Shown here piece after piece: positions 49,717-63,305 of a DNA stretch of 64,000 bases. The notes below the pieces were generated by a model. The model saw nothing but the letters and a program-made list of their open reading frames with translations. It had not been told where the DNA came from and made no database searches. Numbering within the stretch: position 1 is the first letter of the stretch; each line of letters starts with the position of its first letter. The position numbers and the translations under genes are program-made. This DNA comes from Marsupella aquatica (taxonomy: Eukaryota > Plantae > Marchantiophyta): the NCBI GenBank assembly GCA_973895155.1, contig OZ316892.1, positions 17,040,357 through 17,104,356 of the forward strand. Reading direction: 5' to 3'.

Positions 49717-51189
49717 ATAACATGTGTCACAAAATCAAGAATCATAATATGGAGAGATGACATCTTGTTGACTAAACCAGGGAAAGTAAAGCCTGGATGG
49801 ACTGAGGGGTTTGCTGTGAAGTCCCCATTGATTTCCAAAGTTGGGATGGACTGACTCAAAACATCCAAATCTGCCCGGGTAACACTCTTTATAGTTTTGA
49901 GTCATATGTGACTTGTAAGCAGGTTTCCATTAATATGTGTGATGGCAAGTCGCGGCTCATGCAAACTACTTCGGGTGTCCTTCACAAAAGTGAAAACATC
50001 CTCTCTTAAAGTGATAAGTTGGTGCTCATGCCCAAGTATTGAGGGTGTTCTTCATATAAGTGAAGTGTCTGTTGGTAGTTAGTTTGTAATATTTGACCAT
50101 CGTTTCACTCATCAGCAATGGAGCAAATGGTTTCAGAAAAAAAAATAGAATTTTCTCAGGTAATAGATTGAACATAAGAGAACATGCTGGGAAATTTTGA
50201 GTTGAAACATAGATCCAAAAGTTGTCCAAATAAATGCACAAGATTGTTGAAAACTAGCATTTTGGAGTTGATTGAGACACCTAGAAAAACTACTTGGGGA
50301 GTCCTTGGAAAGATAGCCCAACAATGTGTATTTTGGTTGTAAAGTGAAGTAGTATGTATCACAGTCCATGGGGATGGGCAAAACAAACCCTATCCATCAG
50401 GGCTTAACTTTCCTAAACCAAGTGGGATGCCAGACCTTTGATGCTGCTATATCGAGAAGCCGCCTTCCAGTATTTTGTCTTATCCAGATTTTTGTTTTGT
50501 ATTTTTATTTCAATGTGCCTTAACAAGGTGCTTCATTCATATTATTTAGAATTTGGCACCCCTTCAAAGTTTTAGCTATCCTAGAGAATTTCTTTCTACT
50601 AATTTTAGATTTTAAGTGCATCCAATCCCTTTAGCCAGTTTAAATATTTCTACCACTTGAGAGCCCGCTTGAGAATCTTATCATGCGTGAGAGAAAGAAA
50701 TCATTTTGAATAATGTGGACACCTCTTGTTTTCTATGCAAACAAAAAACAGGGATAATGGTAGACTGTGATTCTAAGTGCCAACAGAAAACAGAGAGGGG
50801 GCAAATATGAATGGAAAATAGTAAGGAAACGTTCCTTCTTTCTTTGCAATGTCAGTTTCGGTCATCACCTCTATTTAGATTCAAAGGAAGGGACTCGTAA
50901 TCAGGGTATTTGGGCCAAACTCTCATCCAACTATGCAAACTAGATGCGATTTAGGAAAACTTGAAAACACCTAGGTTGGGCTCAACAAATTTAAGGATTT
51001 AGTCAAGTAGCCACTATGGCGACTGTCCATTGGATGAGCTTAGGAGGGTGGCATGTTAGGAATTGACTCGAGTTCCCAACTTCTCATTAATTTGGCCTTA
51101 CTAGGTTTAGTTACCCTTGGTTACATTAGGATAAGATCTTAGATTAGGCCCACACATCTTGGCCCCCTTTGGGGGGTATAGGTTGGAGG

Positions 51190-54100
51190 TGTTGAGCATA
51201 GATGACATTTGTAACTTATGTTAAGCCCATGAACCATCCAATGCACAATAGTCGATACAGAGAGATACGTGGTTCACCTCCACATGAGGCTACGTCCACG
51301 GGAACACACAAGAGCTTTACTGCACTCTAGGCCGACTGGCCATACCAAGCATCCACAGCACAAGCTCTCCCTATCTCTCAACTAGCTCCGTAACAATGAG
51401 CCTAAGTTCCACCAGGGACTGGCATCAGCCCTGGCTATATGCACAACAGCACTACCGCTAACATTAGCTAAGTCCTAACCCGAGTTAGACTAATTGTGGT
51501 TAGCTCATGAGTCACAAGACTAGAACAATATCTAACAAACTCCCCCTTGACTCTTGTCTTGGGGACTAGACTAAATGCTACCATATGGATTCTTCAGCGG
51601 GAAGTTCTAGACAATCACCAAACCAGGTCTCCCCCTAAAAACCACAAAGGTTAACTAAGGGTTAACTAGAACTAAGCCGTAGCCTAACAAGAATGAGCAA
51701 TCCATATACAAATAATCACACATTGCTAAATAACTCTACTTGCACTACAACTGCAAAACTTGCAAAGTAGCACGGTGTCTTGAGAAACTCTCCAAAGGAA
51801 TCACTTTGGTAAAGTCATCAGCGGGATTGAGCTTTCCATCAATCTTGACTAGCTCAAAAGTTTTATCAGACACTGCTTGCCTGATAAAATGGTACCTGAT
51901 ATCAATGTGCTTCACCCTGCTATCCATCACCTGGTTAGCAGCCAAGTGAAGAGCACCCTGACTATCACAGTTTAGAATCATTTTTCCATGCTCTAAACCC
52001 ATCTTCGCGATCAACTTATCCAACCAAATTGCTTCCTTTGCTGCTTCTGCTGCTGCAACATACTCTGCTTCTGTAGTAGATTGAGAAATGCACTTCTGCA
52101 AGGTAGATTTCTAACTAATATATCCTCCTCCAAGAGTGTATACAAACCCAGTTGGAGACCTCCTTGTATCCAGACAGCCTCCATAGTCAGAATCTACATA
52201 GCCAACTAACGTTCTATCTGATCTGTTATCAAATAGTAATCCATAGTCCTATGTTCCCTTCAGATACCTGAGAATCCACTTCACAGCTTCCCAATGTACC
52301 TTCCCTGGATTTGACATGAATCTGCTAACCTTGCCCATGGCTAGGGCTAAGTCAGGCCTAGTACAAGTCATCAAATACATTAGACTGCCTACTGCCTTCT
52401 CATAAGGAATCTTAGCCATCAGACCTTTCTCCACAGCATCCATAGGAGAGAAGGCCGATGATAACTTGAAATGTGAAGCTAAAGGAACACTCACTGACTT
52501 ACAGTTTTCCATGTTGAATCGTGCAAGTACTTTCCTTTCATATTGGCCTTGACTCAAGCACAACTGTCCAGTATCAGAGTTCCTAAAAATCTCCATCCCT
52601 AAGATCCTCTTGGCCTTACCAAGATCCTTCATCTTGAATTCAGCACTCAATTTCGCCTTGAGACTGTCAACCTCAGATTGATCTTTAACCACAATAAGCA
52701 TGTCATCCACATAGATCACCAGAATGATGAAACCAAATACATCATTCTTGACTAATTTTGTATACACACAAGGATCATACACCATCCTTGTAAAACCTTG
52801 AGCAAGCATGAAAACATCAAACCGCTTGTTCCATTATCTGGGAGACTGCTTCAATCCATACAAGGACTTGAGCAATCTACAAACTAAGTTCTCTTGGCCC
52901 TTCTTCATAAAGCCTAGTGGCTGTCTCATGAAGATCAACTTTTCCAAGTTGCCATAGAGAAAAACAGTAACAATATCCATCTGATCCATCACCAGACCAA
53001 AAAACACAACAAGCTGACACAAGATCCGAATTGTGGAATACTTAGCCACCGGTGAAAAGACCTCATTGTAGTCCACTCCTTTCTCCTGAGTGAACCCCTT
53101 GGCAACAAGCCTTGCCTTGTAGATCTTATCTCCACCCTCTGAAGGACTGTCCTTCAACTTGTAAATCCACTTGCTGTCCACCACTTGCTGACCTTTTGGA
53201 AGCTCCACCAACTCCCATGTCTTGTTGTCACTCAAAGATTGCAACTCCCTCTGCATTGTTGCATTTCACTCATGCTTCTGCTCTGAAGCACAAGCCTCAT
53301 TGTACGAAGAAGGCTCTCCTTCTTCCAAGATCAAAGCCATGTCATCATCATCAGTTGCAATGTCAATATCATCTAGCTTAGATGAGTCTGCCCATTGACC
53401 ATACCTGGTAGGAGCTCTAGTAGAACGACTGGAAGTTCTTCTAGTAGATGACTCAAGTTGATCTGCTGCTGCTAGTCAAATTTGAGGTATCCCAGCAATA
53501 ATCTACTCCTCTTGTTCCATCACAGGAACCAGCTCCAAGCCCAGAGCTTCTCCATCTCTCCTGTCATGAATTGCATCATGACTAGTCTCCCCGTCAACCC
53601 GGTCTGGGATGGGAGATTTCCCCTTGTCAGTATGGAAGTCTTGAGAACTCTCCCCCTCCTTTGATGATCTGGACTCATTAAAGGACACATCTCTACTGAT
53701 AATTAGTTTACAGGTTACTGGATCCCATAACCTATAACCCTTCACACCTTTCTGATAGCCAAGGAAAATACACTTCTTTGACTTGGACTCCAGCTTGGAT
53801 CGAAGTTAGGAAGGTGTAAGCACATAAGCATCACATCCAAAAATCCTCAGATGTGAGTAATCTGCTGGACGCCCGTACCTCATTTCAAATGGCGTCTTGA
53901 ATCCAATAGAACTGGATGGAGAAAAATTTACCAAATAAGCTACAGTGTTGACAGCTTCAGCCCAAAACTCATGTGGTAAGCATGATTGACTCAACATACT
54001 CCTCGAGCGGTCCAATAGTGTTCGGTTGAGTCTCTCAGAAACACCATTCTGCTGAGGAGTATAACTTGTTGTGAGATGGCGGGTAATCCCCTACTCCTTA

Positions 54101-57100
54101 CAATATGTTCCAAATTCCCCGGAACTATATTCACCGCCGTTATCCGATCGAAGATATCTCACCTTATTATCAGTCTGATTCTCTACTTGGGCTTTCCACT
54201 CCTTAAAAGTGGCAAAAACATCAGACTTATTGTGTAGAAAGTATATCCACACATACCTTGAGTAATTGTCAATGAACGTGACATAGTATAACCGTCTAGA
54301 ATGTGAGGGAGTAGGGGCTGGACCCCACACATCACTATGTACATACTCAAGTACCTCCTTGCTGATGTGAGTTCCAACTCCAAAGGGTTTCCTGTGCTGC
54401 TTCCCTAGCACACAGTGCTCACAAAATTCCAATTTACAAGATAGCAAATTAGAAAGTAATTCTTTCTTCTGAAGAATAGCCAAACCTTTTTCACTCATGT
54501 GGCCCAAACGGAAGTGCCACAGCCGGGCCGTCTCCTCATGAGATAAGGTTACATTGGCTTCATCACAAACTACACTGCCCTCCAAAACGTATAGATTGCT
54601 ATGACTGTCTCTTTCCCTTCAATACAACTTTAGTACCAGTTGAAACCTAAAGGACACCATTAGCAGAGCTCCACTGATGGCCATTTGCTTCTAAAACTCC
54701 AAGTGAAATGAGATTTTTCATCATGCCGGGAATATGTCTCACATTCCTCAACTTTCTCACAGCACCATCAAACATCTGAAATCTTACAGATCCAAGTCCA
54801 ACAACTTGATATGGGATTCCATTTCCCATCAACACTGACCCGTTGGAAACCATGTAAGAACTGAAAAAATCTCTCCTAGAGCAAATGTGAAAAGTACATG
54901 CATTATCTAGAATCCAGTCATCACTACCTGGATTTGACACTACGTTGAGAGCATAACCTTGACATCACAATATGTCATCATCATCGAGTAAATCTACCTC
55001 ATGCGAGCTTGATGCCGTGTTAGCAGAGACAATAGGGACCTTTACTCGACAATCCCTTTTCATGTGGCCAGACTTGCCACAATTCCAACATGCAAGAGGC
55101 TTTCTCTCTTGCGATTTCCCTCTGGATTTAGATCTCCCCCGTGATGTAGATCTAAACCTGTTCTGCCCATTCGTGCGCTGCGCTGCTCTTCCCCTATTCA
55201 CATTGAGCGCAGTGCCAGAAGAAGATGTTGTCTGTGATTGACCCAGCTTCTTCTGAGCATCATCAGACAGTAATGAGCTCACCACCTCATTAAACAAAAT
55301 GGACTTCAAATCTCTATACAAGAGCACCTGTTTCAAGCCTTGATATGACGGCGGTAAGGAGCTTAGCAGAAGCAAGGCCTTATCCTCATCTTCAACTCCT
55401 TTTCCCAAGCTTGACAGATCCAACGCTAGACTGTCAAATTCATCCAGGTGATCCTACATCTTGCTCCCTTCCTTGAGCCTGAGGCTCATCAAGAGAGACT
55501 TCTTGTACAGCCGATCTGACGCATCTTCCCGGTAGTACTTATCTCTTAGAGCCTTGAACAGTGACGCGCAATCCGCATAATCATCCAGCTCCTTGATGAT
55601 GTGCAGCTTGAGATATAGCATCACTGCATTGACAACAATCACCTGCTCTTGTCTCCACTGCCTCATTGAAATCTCCTCCTCTCCATCATACTGCTCTCGC
55701 GATGAAAGCAGATGAGCTAAGCCCATGGCCCGAAGGACACCCTTCACTTGCTTCTCCCACAACAAGTAATTAGTACGACCATCGTACTTCTCCATCTCAA
55801 ACTTCACTCCTCCAAATCTAGCCATCTCCCTCTTCTTTCCCACTACCGATAGCTCTGGTAGTAACACAGCTTCCTCCACTGCACGCCGCACTGGTGATCG
55901 TACCAGTGTCACTAGTTCTTCCTCAAACGGTAGCAGCTCCTCCTCAGACCCACCGTCTGATCATCGCGATCCTGAAGCTCCACCGACGCCAATTCTTCCA
56001 GTATCCTCCGAGTCACTCACATGAAACAATCACAAAAAATGTCTTTTTTTGAAACTTCTCATAAAACTCAAAACTCAACACCGCCGCGTAGCCCACAAAG
56101 CTAGGAGTCCAATACTGAAAGCCAAAATCAAAATCAAAATTCGACGGAAAAGTTATTCAAATTTTGGTCAGGGTGGGTAAAACCTTGGGAAACTCCTCTA
56201 TTTTGACCACCTCGGAGAATAACCAAAATACCAAGTACAACCCGTCATCGGAATCGCGGTGTGATCGGTGCATCACGTTGCTAACTCCAGTGGCAACGTC
56301 CTCGCCAAAAAAGAACCAAAAAAGTTACTGTTCGGCAGACGGAATCTTTGTTGGACGGCCAAAAAACAACTCTCTATTTTTGGGAGACTGTTCCCCCTGT
56401 CTGAGCGGTTAAAACGGAGGGCGGCAGGTCCCGACACTAGGTTAAACAAGAGGGAGGAAAAAATTGCTATTAAAAATGCCCTAAAAGGGGGTGCAAAGTC
56501 CCTAAATCCTATAAATACATGTATAAAAAAGGCGCATCCGCGTCGCCTAGACGCGAGGCGGGCCAAGGACTATACACAAATCGGGCCATATGTTTACAAG
56601 GCGTATGGCAGGCAAAGTAACTTGGCGGCTGCGTATGGCTGGAAAAAAAAATCGGGCGTGGAGGGCAAGTCGACCCCCTGCTGTCGGCAGGGCACGCCGC
56701 TTCGCGAAGGCAGGGCCAGCCCAAAGGAGCAAAGAGCCCCGGTGAGCGCACGGAGGGGGGGGGGGCAGGGCCGGCGAGGCTCGTAAATTGGGAGGGAGGC
56801 TCCGGCAGCTCTCAAGGGTTGCAAAGGATAGGGGAGGGGCAGCCGGTCGGGGTGTCACAGGCAGCGCAAGAGCACACAAAACGCCGGCCGGCGCTGCGCA
56901 GCTTGCCGCTGCGCTTGAAATAACGGGGGGGTGGCGTATACTAGTACACAGGGCCGGGGAGAAACGGGGTGTGGGGGGGACACGGATACAAAGCTGGTAT
57001 GGGGCCGGCCCTGTGTGTATACACACAGAGGGTATACACATAAGGGGTTAAGTAACGCCTATTAAAGTCCAAAAAAGACCTTAATGGAAAATGGCCAATT

Positions 57101-58127
57101 ACACACCTTAACAACTGCCGTTTCCAACAAGAAAACTGAACGCAGCCGACGGGTATAGTTGCCGAATTGCACCGGCACAGTCTGCAGCTCCAGCAGAGTA
57201 AAAAAAATTAAAAAAATTGTCGCGTCGTCTTCACTCTGCGTCAAGTACCAATCCCGGGCTCAAAATAACCGCCTCACCGCGATCAACCTGTTGAGCCGTG
57301 GCACTTCACATTTCTTCCACCGAGTCGGACGTCACGAAGAGAAACCCGGTTCAGACGAGAACAAGCTCCATAGCTTGTGAAAAAACTTGAATGTCTCCTT
57401 CACTCGTCATGTCGCACTTGGTAACAACTTGGCAGCAATCCAACTACCAAAACGACCAGCTCGCTTCAACCTAAGCTATAATGTGCGATCCCTCCCGCAC
57501 CGGATAGCTCACACCGTTGAAAAAGGTGAACTCTGGTCTGTCCCCCGAAAACCTGTCGAATATGAATAAAACCTGAATGACGCAAACTTCAATTCCTCCG
57601 CCACACGGATACCAATCAACGAGTTCTAACCACCGTTAGAAAGCCCTCTCACTAACCTATCCGCTTAGCCACACACATTTGAGTTTCATGCAATGAAACT
57701 CTGAATGTACCATCGACAATGAACGCTGGAAAAACCTATCACAAAAAAACCTCGTCACCTCCCAGGCATGCTCTGATACCACTTGTTGAGCATAGATGAC
57801 ATTCGTAACGGCAAGCCCATGAACCATCGAACGCACAATAGTCAACACAGAGAGATACGTGGTTCACCTCCACATGAGACTACATCCACGGGAACACACA
57901 AGAGCTTTACTGCACTCTAGGCCGACCGGCCATACCAAGCATCCACAGCACAAGCTCTCCCTATCTCTCAACTAGCTCTGTAACAATGAGCCTAAGTTCC
58001 ACTAGGGTCTGGCATCAGCCCCAGCTATATGCACAACAACACTACCGCTAACATTAGCTAAGTCCTAACCCGAGTTAGACTAACTGTGGTTAGCTCATGA
58101 GTCACAAGACTAGAGCAATATCTAACA
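51190..58127 (-). mobile_element. Full-length degenerate Ty1/copia LTR retrotransposon
   Basis: LTRs at 57784-58127 and 51190-51537 (TG...CA). tRNA-iMet PBS TGGTATCAGAGC on the minus strand at 57770-57781. PPT AAGGGGGAG next to 51538. TSD GGAGG/GGAAG (1 mismatch). Confidence 0.95.
51745..55825 (-). pseudogene. Copia gag-pol with multiple in-frame stops
   Basis: MARFGGVKFEMEKYDGRTNYLLW (gag); CWNCGKSGHMKRDC zinc knuckle; WILDNACTFH protease; LWHFRLGHMS and VHSDVWGP..LRSDNGGEY integrase; KARLVAKGF, LYGLKQSPR, YVDDMLI RT; STTEAEYVA..KHIDIRYHFIR RNase H. Confidence 0.95.
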
Positions 58128-59096
58128 GGAAGGAGAGCGCATTCTCTCCTTCATTCTTCACATGTACTTTTCATGAGCTATGGATCTTTCAGGAGTTTCT
58201 CCATTGTGGTGTCTTGTTGGTGTAGGGGTGAATTGAGTGCTCTCATGTTCCACATTGTTGTCTAGTCTGGAGCTGACAGTTTCTTACATGACAATCTCTC
58301 CCACGCCCATGGTTTAAATTTGGCAAGCAAATGTTTGCTTAGATCAGGACAAGGTGATAAGTAAAAATAACAATTTTTGAAATTGTGGCCAGTGTAAAGC
58401 ATCCAACTTTAAACATCTCCTGGAGACAGGTGGTGATTAGTGTACACTCATTGTATCAGGGTAATGAACCTGCTCCCCCACTCCTCAGGATTGCTGGTGA
58501 GTAAGGGTGCACTCATCTCTACTTTTGGCAATTTTCTGCACAATTTTGACCGCCCCTAGGAAAATTGCACTTCAATTTCTTAGGCTCCAAATGTAGCTAT
58601 GTCAGCATTTTCCATTACAAACAGGGACAGTATGTTTGCCACAATATACAAACATGACCATGTGTTTGACGCGTGGCCAGCAAAACGGCTAGACTCAGAA
58701 ATTGTAAAAATGCCCTAACAACAAACCAAAACTTTAATAAAATATCCACACGAATAAGCTGTCAAAATTTTGAGATCAAAGTGGGATCAGATGTTGATGA
58801 TTAGCGGTGACAAGGTCACATTGAACAAGGTGCACATTGAACTGATGATACTTCAAGTTTGTGAGGTGTCCTTTTCAAGTTTTCATGGTGTTGATTTTAT
58901 GATACTTGGATACATCACCATACTAAGGGCCAACTTGCATGTGGGCGACTAGCCATTGGCCCTTAGAACTCCCAGAACTGAAGGGAAAAGCAGATCTTAC
59001 TTTTCCACAATATTGAGCTTTTTGGCAAAAATGTTTTCCATTATGAATAAGGTAGTCCATGACTTTTTCTGGCAACCTTAACTACTAAGTTATATA

Positions 59097-59250
59097 GTGT
59101 TGGTGGGGATGGGTGCTACGCTGCTCGACCGAGTGGCGGTGGAGAAGGGTGCAATAGTGGCTGCCAGGGCGTTAGTGACTCAGAACACTCGTGTGCCAGC
59201 TGGGCAGATTTGGGCCGGCAGTCCAGCTAATTTATGAGGAATCTCACAGT
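59097..59250 (+). pseudogene. Gamma carbonic anhydrase (hexapeptide-repeat) gene fragment
   Basis: VLVGMGATLLDRVAVEKGAIVAARALVTQNTRVPAGQIWAGSPA, then a frameshift into FMRNLT; matches the C-terminal part of plant mitochondrial gamma-CA. Confidence 0.8.
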
Positions 59251-59251
59251 T

Positions 59252-62200
59252 GATATATATATCATATATATATCAAACTGCCAAAGAGCAGGAGGCGCAG
59301 AACCGGGAGACAGGAACCCACAGGCCAAAAAACCCAATCAAGGGAAAACAAGAAAAAAGGCCAAAAGGCCAAAGAGCAAAAACAAAAAAGACCAGGCACA
59401 AGCCCAACCCAAGGAGAACAAAGGACACATAAACCTAAAGGCTACCCAACGGCACAGTGAAGGGCCTGATAAAGCTCCGTCGTGAACTGCATAGGGGGGT
59501 CAAGCAATGGAATCCGACTAGATGCCCGGACTCCAACCGCCTCGCCTCTACAAAGGATAGTGAAGGCCTGTGCACGCTGAAGCGCAATGGACACCCTCTG
59601 TCTAAAAAAGGATGTGATAACAGAGACTGGTGGATAAGGCCGCCGCTCGATATAATGAACCGCACAGGAGCGCAAGAACTGGTCAAAAGTCGGGTGCAGC
59701 GCTCCAAAGACCTCCACGGCAAACGGGTAGAAAAGGTCCCCTGGGTAACGCATAGCATAAGCCTCCTTCTTGAGGCGAGCAGCCCTCATGGCAGCATGAC
59801 CTGGGATGTGGGCAGCGGACGCCAAATTGGCTCCACTAGTGGGGTCAGCAACAACCACATCCCCAAGGGCACGAACACCAGCGCGAGAGAAAACCAAATC
59901 GGCCCGACGCCTGTACGGTACTCCATCCCGGGGTGGTAACACATGTCGTTGCTCCATCATAACATGATACCCGGAATCACGAGCGATGGCGGCTACCACA
60001 TCCCGGATGTCATCGTGTGTCGCCGTCCGCTCACTACCATGACCACATCGTAGGATATGGATTCCCCCCTATCCAAGGGCGCTCCACAAACACATGTGGG
60101 TTGCCCAAGGAGGCATGGGTGGGGAAGACCAAGACAGAGGTGCATGGAAGTGGGGAAGACAAAAGAACTCATACGAAAGGGGGCCCACAATGGGCTCACA
60201 GATAACCAAGCCCCCGAACCAACGCCCAAACCGGATAAAAGACGCGCTCGAACCAAGTCAGAGGGTGCATCGGAAAGCATGCTAGAAAGGGTGAATCGGT
60301 GCATGCGATCAGAGATCACCTGTTGAACTCGGTCGGGACTGTCCAAAATAACTCCCTCAAAAGCAGGGACCACGCTCTGCACATCCTCCGGTAATAAGGA
60401 CCGGGCATGACGAAGCTGGATCTGAAAAGGGAGAGCTCCGTTCTCCACTCCCATGACCGAGTCAGAGAGGATAGGCCGAAGGTCCACAATGAAACGTGAC
60501 GCCAAGGCGGGGGCCACCTGCGCCCAGCTGCCAAGAAACGCACAAGGAGCAGCAACCACAGCCGAGGACACCCCCAAACCACCTCCCGATGGGGGCAGAG
60601 ACGCCTGCCTAGCCGCAAAAGAACCATCCTCTCCATCAAGGGCTCCAGGACCGATGAGGTGACCAAAGACCCGCATCACGGTGGTGTCAAAGGAAGAGAG
60701 CAAGGACAAAAACGTTGGGGTGGGGGGGACCGTCCGCAGAAGGTAAGATGGTCGGCGAACAAAACACAAAACCAGAATCAAGAAGGCAATCTGGACATCC
60801 CCCAAAGCCACCAGCTGGTCAAGGTGCGCAACATCCTGGTCCAAGGCAGACTGTAGAAACTCCTGCTCAAAGGCCGTCCCCCCAAACGGCACCCCAAGGA
60901 CCCGAATGCCATCATGTCTAATGGGGATATCAAGAGGGGGGAGAATGAGTCCGGGAGAGGAAGACGGGACCAGACCCCACACTTCCTAGGCTGTACTGAC
61001 AAACCAATAATGGCAAGCTGCTGAACAAAATGGATATAGGCCTCTCCAAGAAGCAAGGCAGGAGCAACGATGTGAGTGTCGTCAGCAACAGAGGGGAACA
61101 GGCTACCTGGAAAAGCACCGGAAGATGCCCGGATGGCCCGAAGATGAGCCAAGGCAAACAACGTACCACCAAGGGGATCCCCCTGTCGGGTGCCGGACTC
61201 TGACATAATGGTGGAGTATGTCCCAGGCGCCAGATGGTCAGAGTAGACCAAGGGGGCAGGGGTCCCATAAAAAGCCCGAGCAAAAGGGATGAGAGATGCA
61301 ATGTCCCCCCCAGCATCCCGAAGCTCCTCGAAAATCACACGACGGGAGACAGAGTTGAAGGCATTGGCAACATCCACTTGAATGACCCCCCAATCAGGGT
61401 GGAGGTCCAAAATGGCACGCAAGCCATGTACCACGCTCTCACAACCGCCCGGGGTGGCCACGCCGAACTGGTGGGGGAAGAAGTGTGAAGCAAACGGTGC
61501 CCTCATCTGTAAACAAATGTAGCGGCTAACCAGACGATACAGGACCTCCCCAATGGCCAGGGGTCAAACACCACCCGTCTCCTTGGCCAAAGCCATGAGC
61601 CGACACGCCCCCAAGAGCCGAGCGACAACAGGCGGAATGCGGCCACCTGCAACATGAGCACACACCTGGAACAACTCCTGGAAACCCGACGCCGAGTCAT
61701 CAGGGGAGAAGCAGTCCCTGAGGTGCTCGAACCTCATCCCAGAGATGCCCCCAGCGGAAAGACGGGGCAAATGAAGGAAGACAGAGGAAAAAATCTCGTG
61801 AGAAAGGGAGAACTCAACCTCCGGAGAGAAGCTCCCAATGAAACCTGGAACCGCGCAAGAAGCCGAGGGATGAAGGGACCAAAGGGCCGCAACCGTCTCG
61901 ACCGAAGGAGGAGAGGGGGAAAGGGGAACCAAGGAACGTGCGGCCCGAGAAAACTCCCCCTCCTGTCCCAACAAAAGGCAACGGCGAAGGCGGCGCTGGA
62001 CAGGAGGGACCAGAGGTTCCTCCTCAAACTCAGAGGCCCTAGAGGCCAACGCAAGAAGCCGGTGATAGAACTCCTCCTAAAGCAAAATCCAGTCCCCCGA
62101 CAAAAACCGTTGCAACCTGGCAATGGTCTCCCTATGCCCGGCCGGGCCCCCACGAGGAGGGAGGGTCAACACCCAATGAGGAAGCAAGAGGAGTAGGGAC

Positions 62201-63305
62201 CAGGCACCAACATCAGTGGGGTCACGCGCCAGCCGGTCAAAAGGAAGACGAAAGGCCTGCCGAAGCAGGGGCCGCAAGGGCACAGGAATCCGGGTATACA
62301 ATCGAGGATGCCGAAAACCGGGGTAAAGAGCCGCAAGGACATCCAGGTGGGCTAGCCAATCCCAGGAAGAAGGGGGGGCCAGACGGGGGAGGGGGAAGGG
62401 GGGCAGGGGGAAGCATAGAGGAGGAGGAAGCACGAAGAGCGGGACATGAGCGACAATGGCGAGTCAGACCAGATGGTTGGTACCAACTGTGACAAGCATC
62501 ACACTGGACACGGGAATCAGAAGGAGAAGTGGGGGGGAAGAGGGGCGGATCCGGCGAGCCGAACGAGGGGTGGAAGATGGAGAAGCCATAGGGACAAGAG
62601 AGGTAGGCGGTGAACTGGGATAGGAGAGGGGTTCCATGGGAAAAAGCTGGGAAAAAGCTGAGATAAAGGGTGGGGGCAAAGGAAACGAAAATAAATGAAC
62701 GGAACAATGAGAAAAGAGTACAAGAACAACACCGGAAAGCTCGAGCAAAACAAAAACATAAACGAAGGAACAAGGGATGGATGTCCAAGGCAAAGAACCT
62801 CAACCCGGTAGTGGCAAGCCGTGAAGAACACAGAAACCTGGTAACCCGAAGGAACGCCTCCAATGACTGAACGAAAAAACCCCGCAGGCACGGCGCAGAG
62901 TGCGAACGGGTACCGCCTATGGTGGGGGCCCAGCCCCACCAACCAAACCAGGTCTGGGGCCGCCAAGCACAAATCCGCCAAGGAAAACCGGGCCGCCAAG
63001 AAACCCAACCCAACTGGGGCCGCCAAGAAACCAAAACACAACCCGGGGGGGGGGGGGGAGGGGGCAACCTTCCCAGGTCAAGGGCCGTCAAACCCGGGCG
63101 CAGGGCTACTCGTCCTGGGCCCAGGGCCACCCTTCCCGGGCGCAGGGCTGAGCCGGGAGCGTCAGCCCAGGCTGACGACCTCCGCTCCAGGGGGCCGGGG
63201 GACCCTCATTATTACCCCCACGCCTCCACCTCCGCACCGCCGCTCCGCACCTCCGCTGCTGCTCCTGCCCTCCGCTGCTGCACCTCCGCACCTCCGCACC
63301 TCCAC
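59252..63305 (-). mobile_element. CRE-like non-LTR retrotransposon with restriction-like endonuclease, frameshifted; 5' end approximate
   Basis: ORF remnants ~62637-59442: N-terminal CDACHSW..LTRHCRSC finger; RT motifs HQFGVATPGGCE, VDVANAFNSVSR, GTRQGDPLG, SVADDTHI; C-terminal CVCG, RADLVF..LGDVVV, FYPFAVEVFG endonuclease. 3' end abuts TA-microsatellite units at 59252-59274. Confidence 0.88.
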
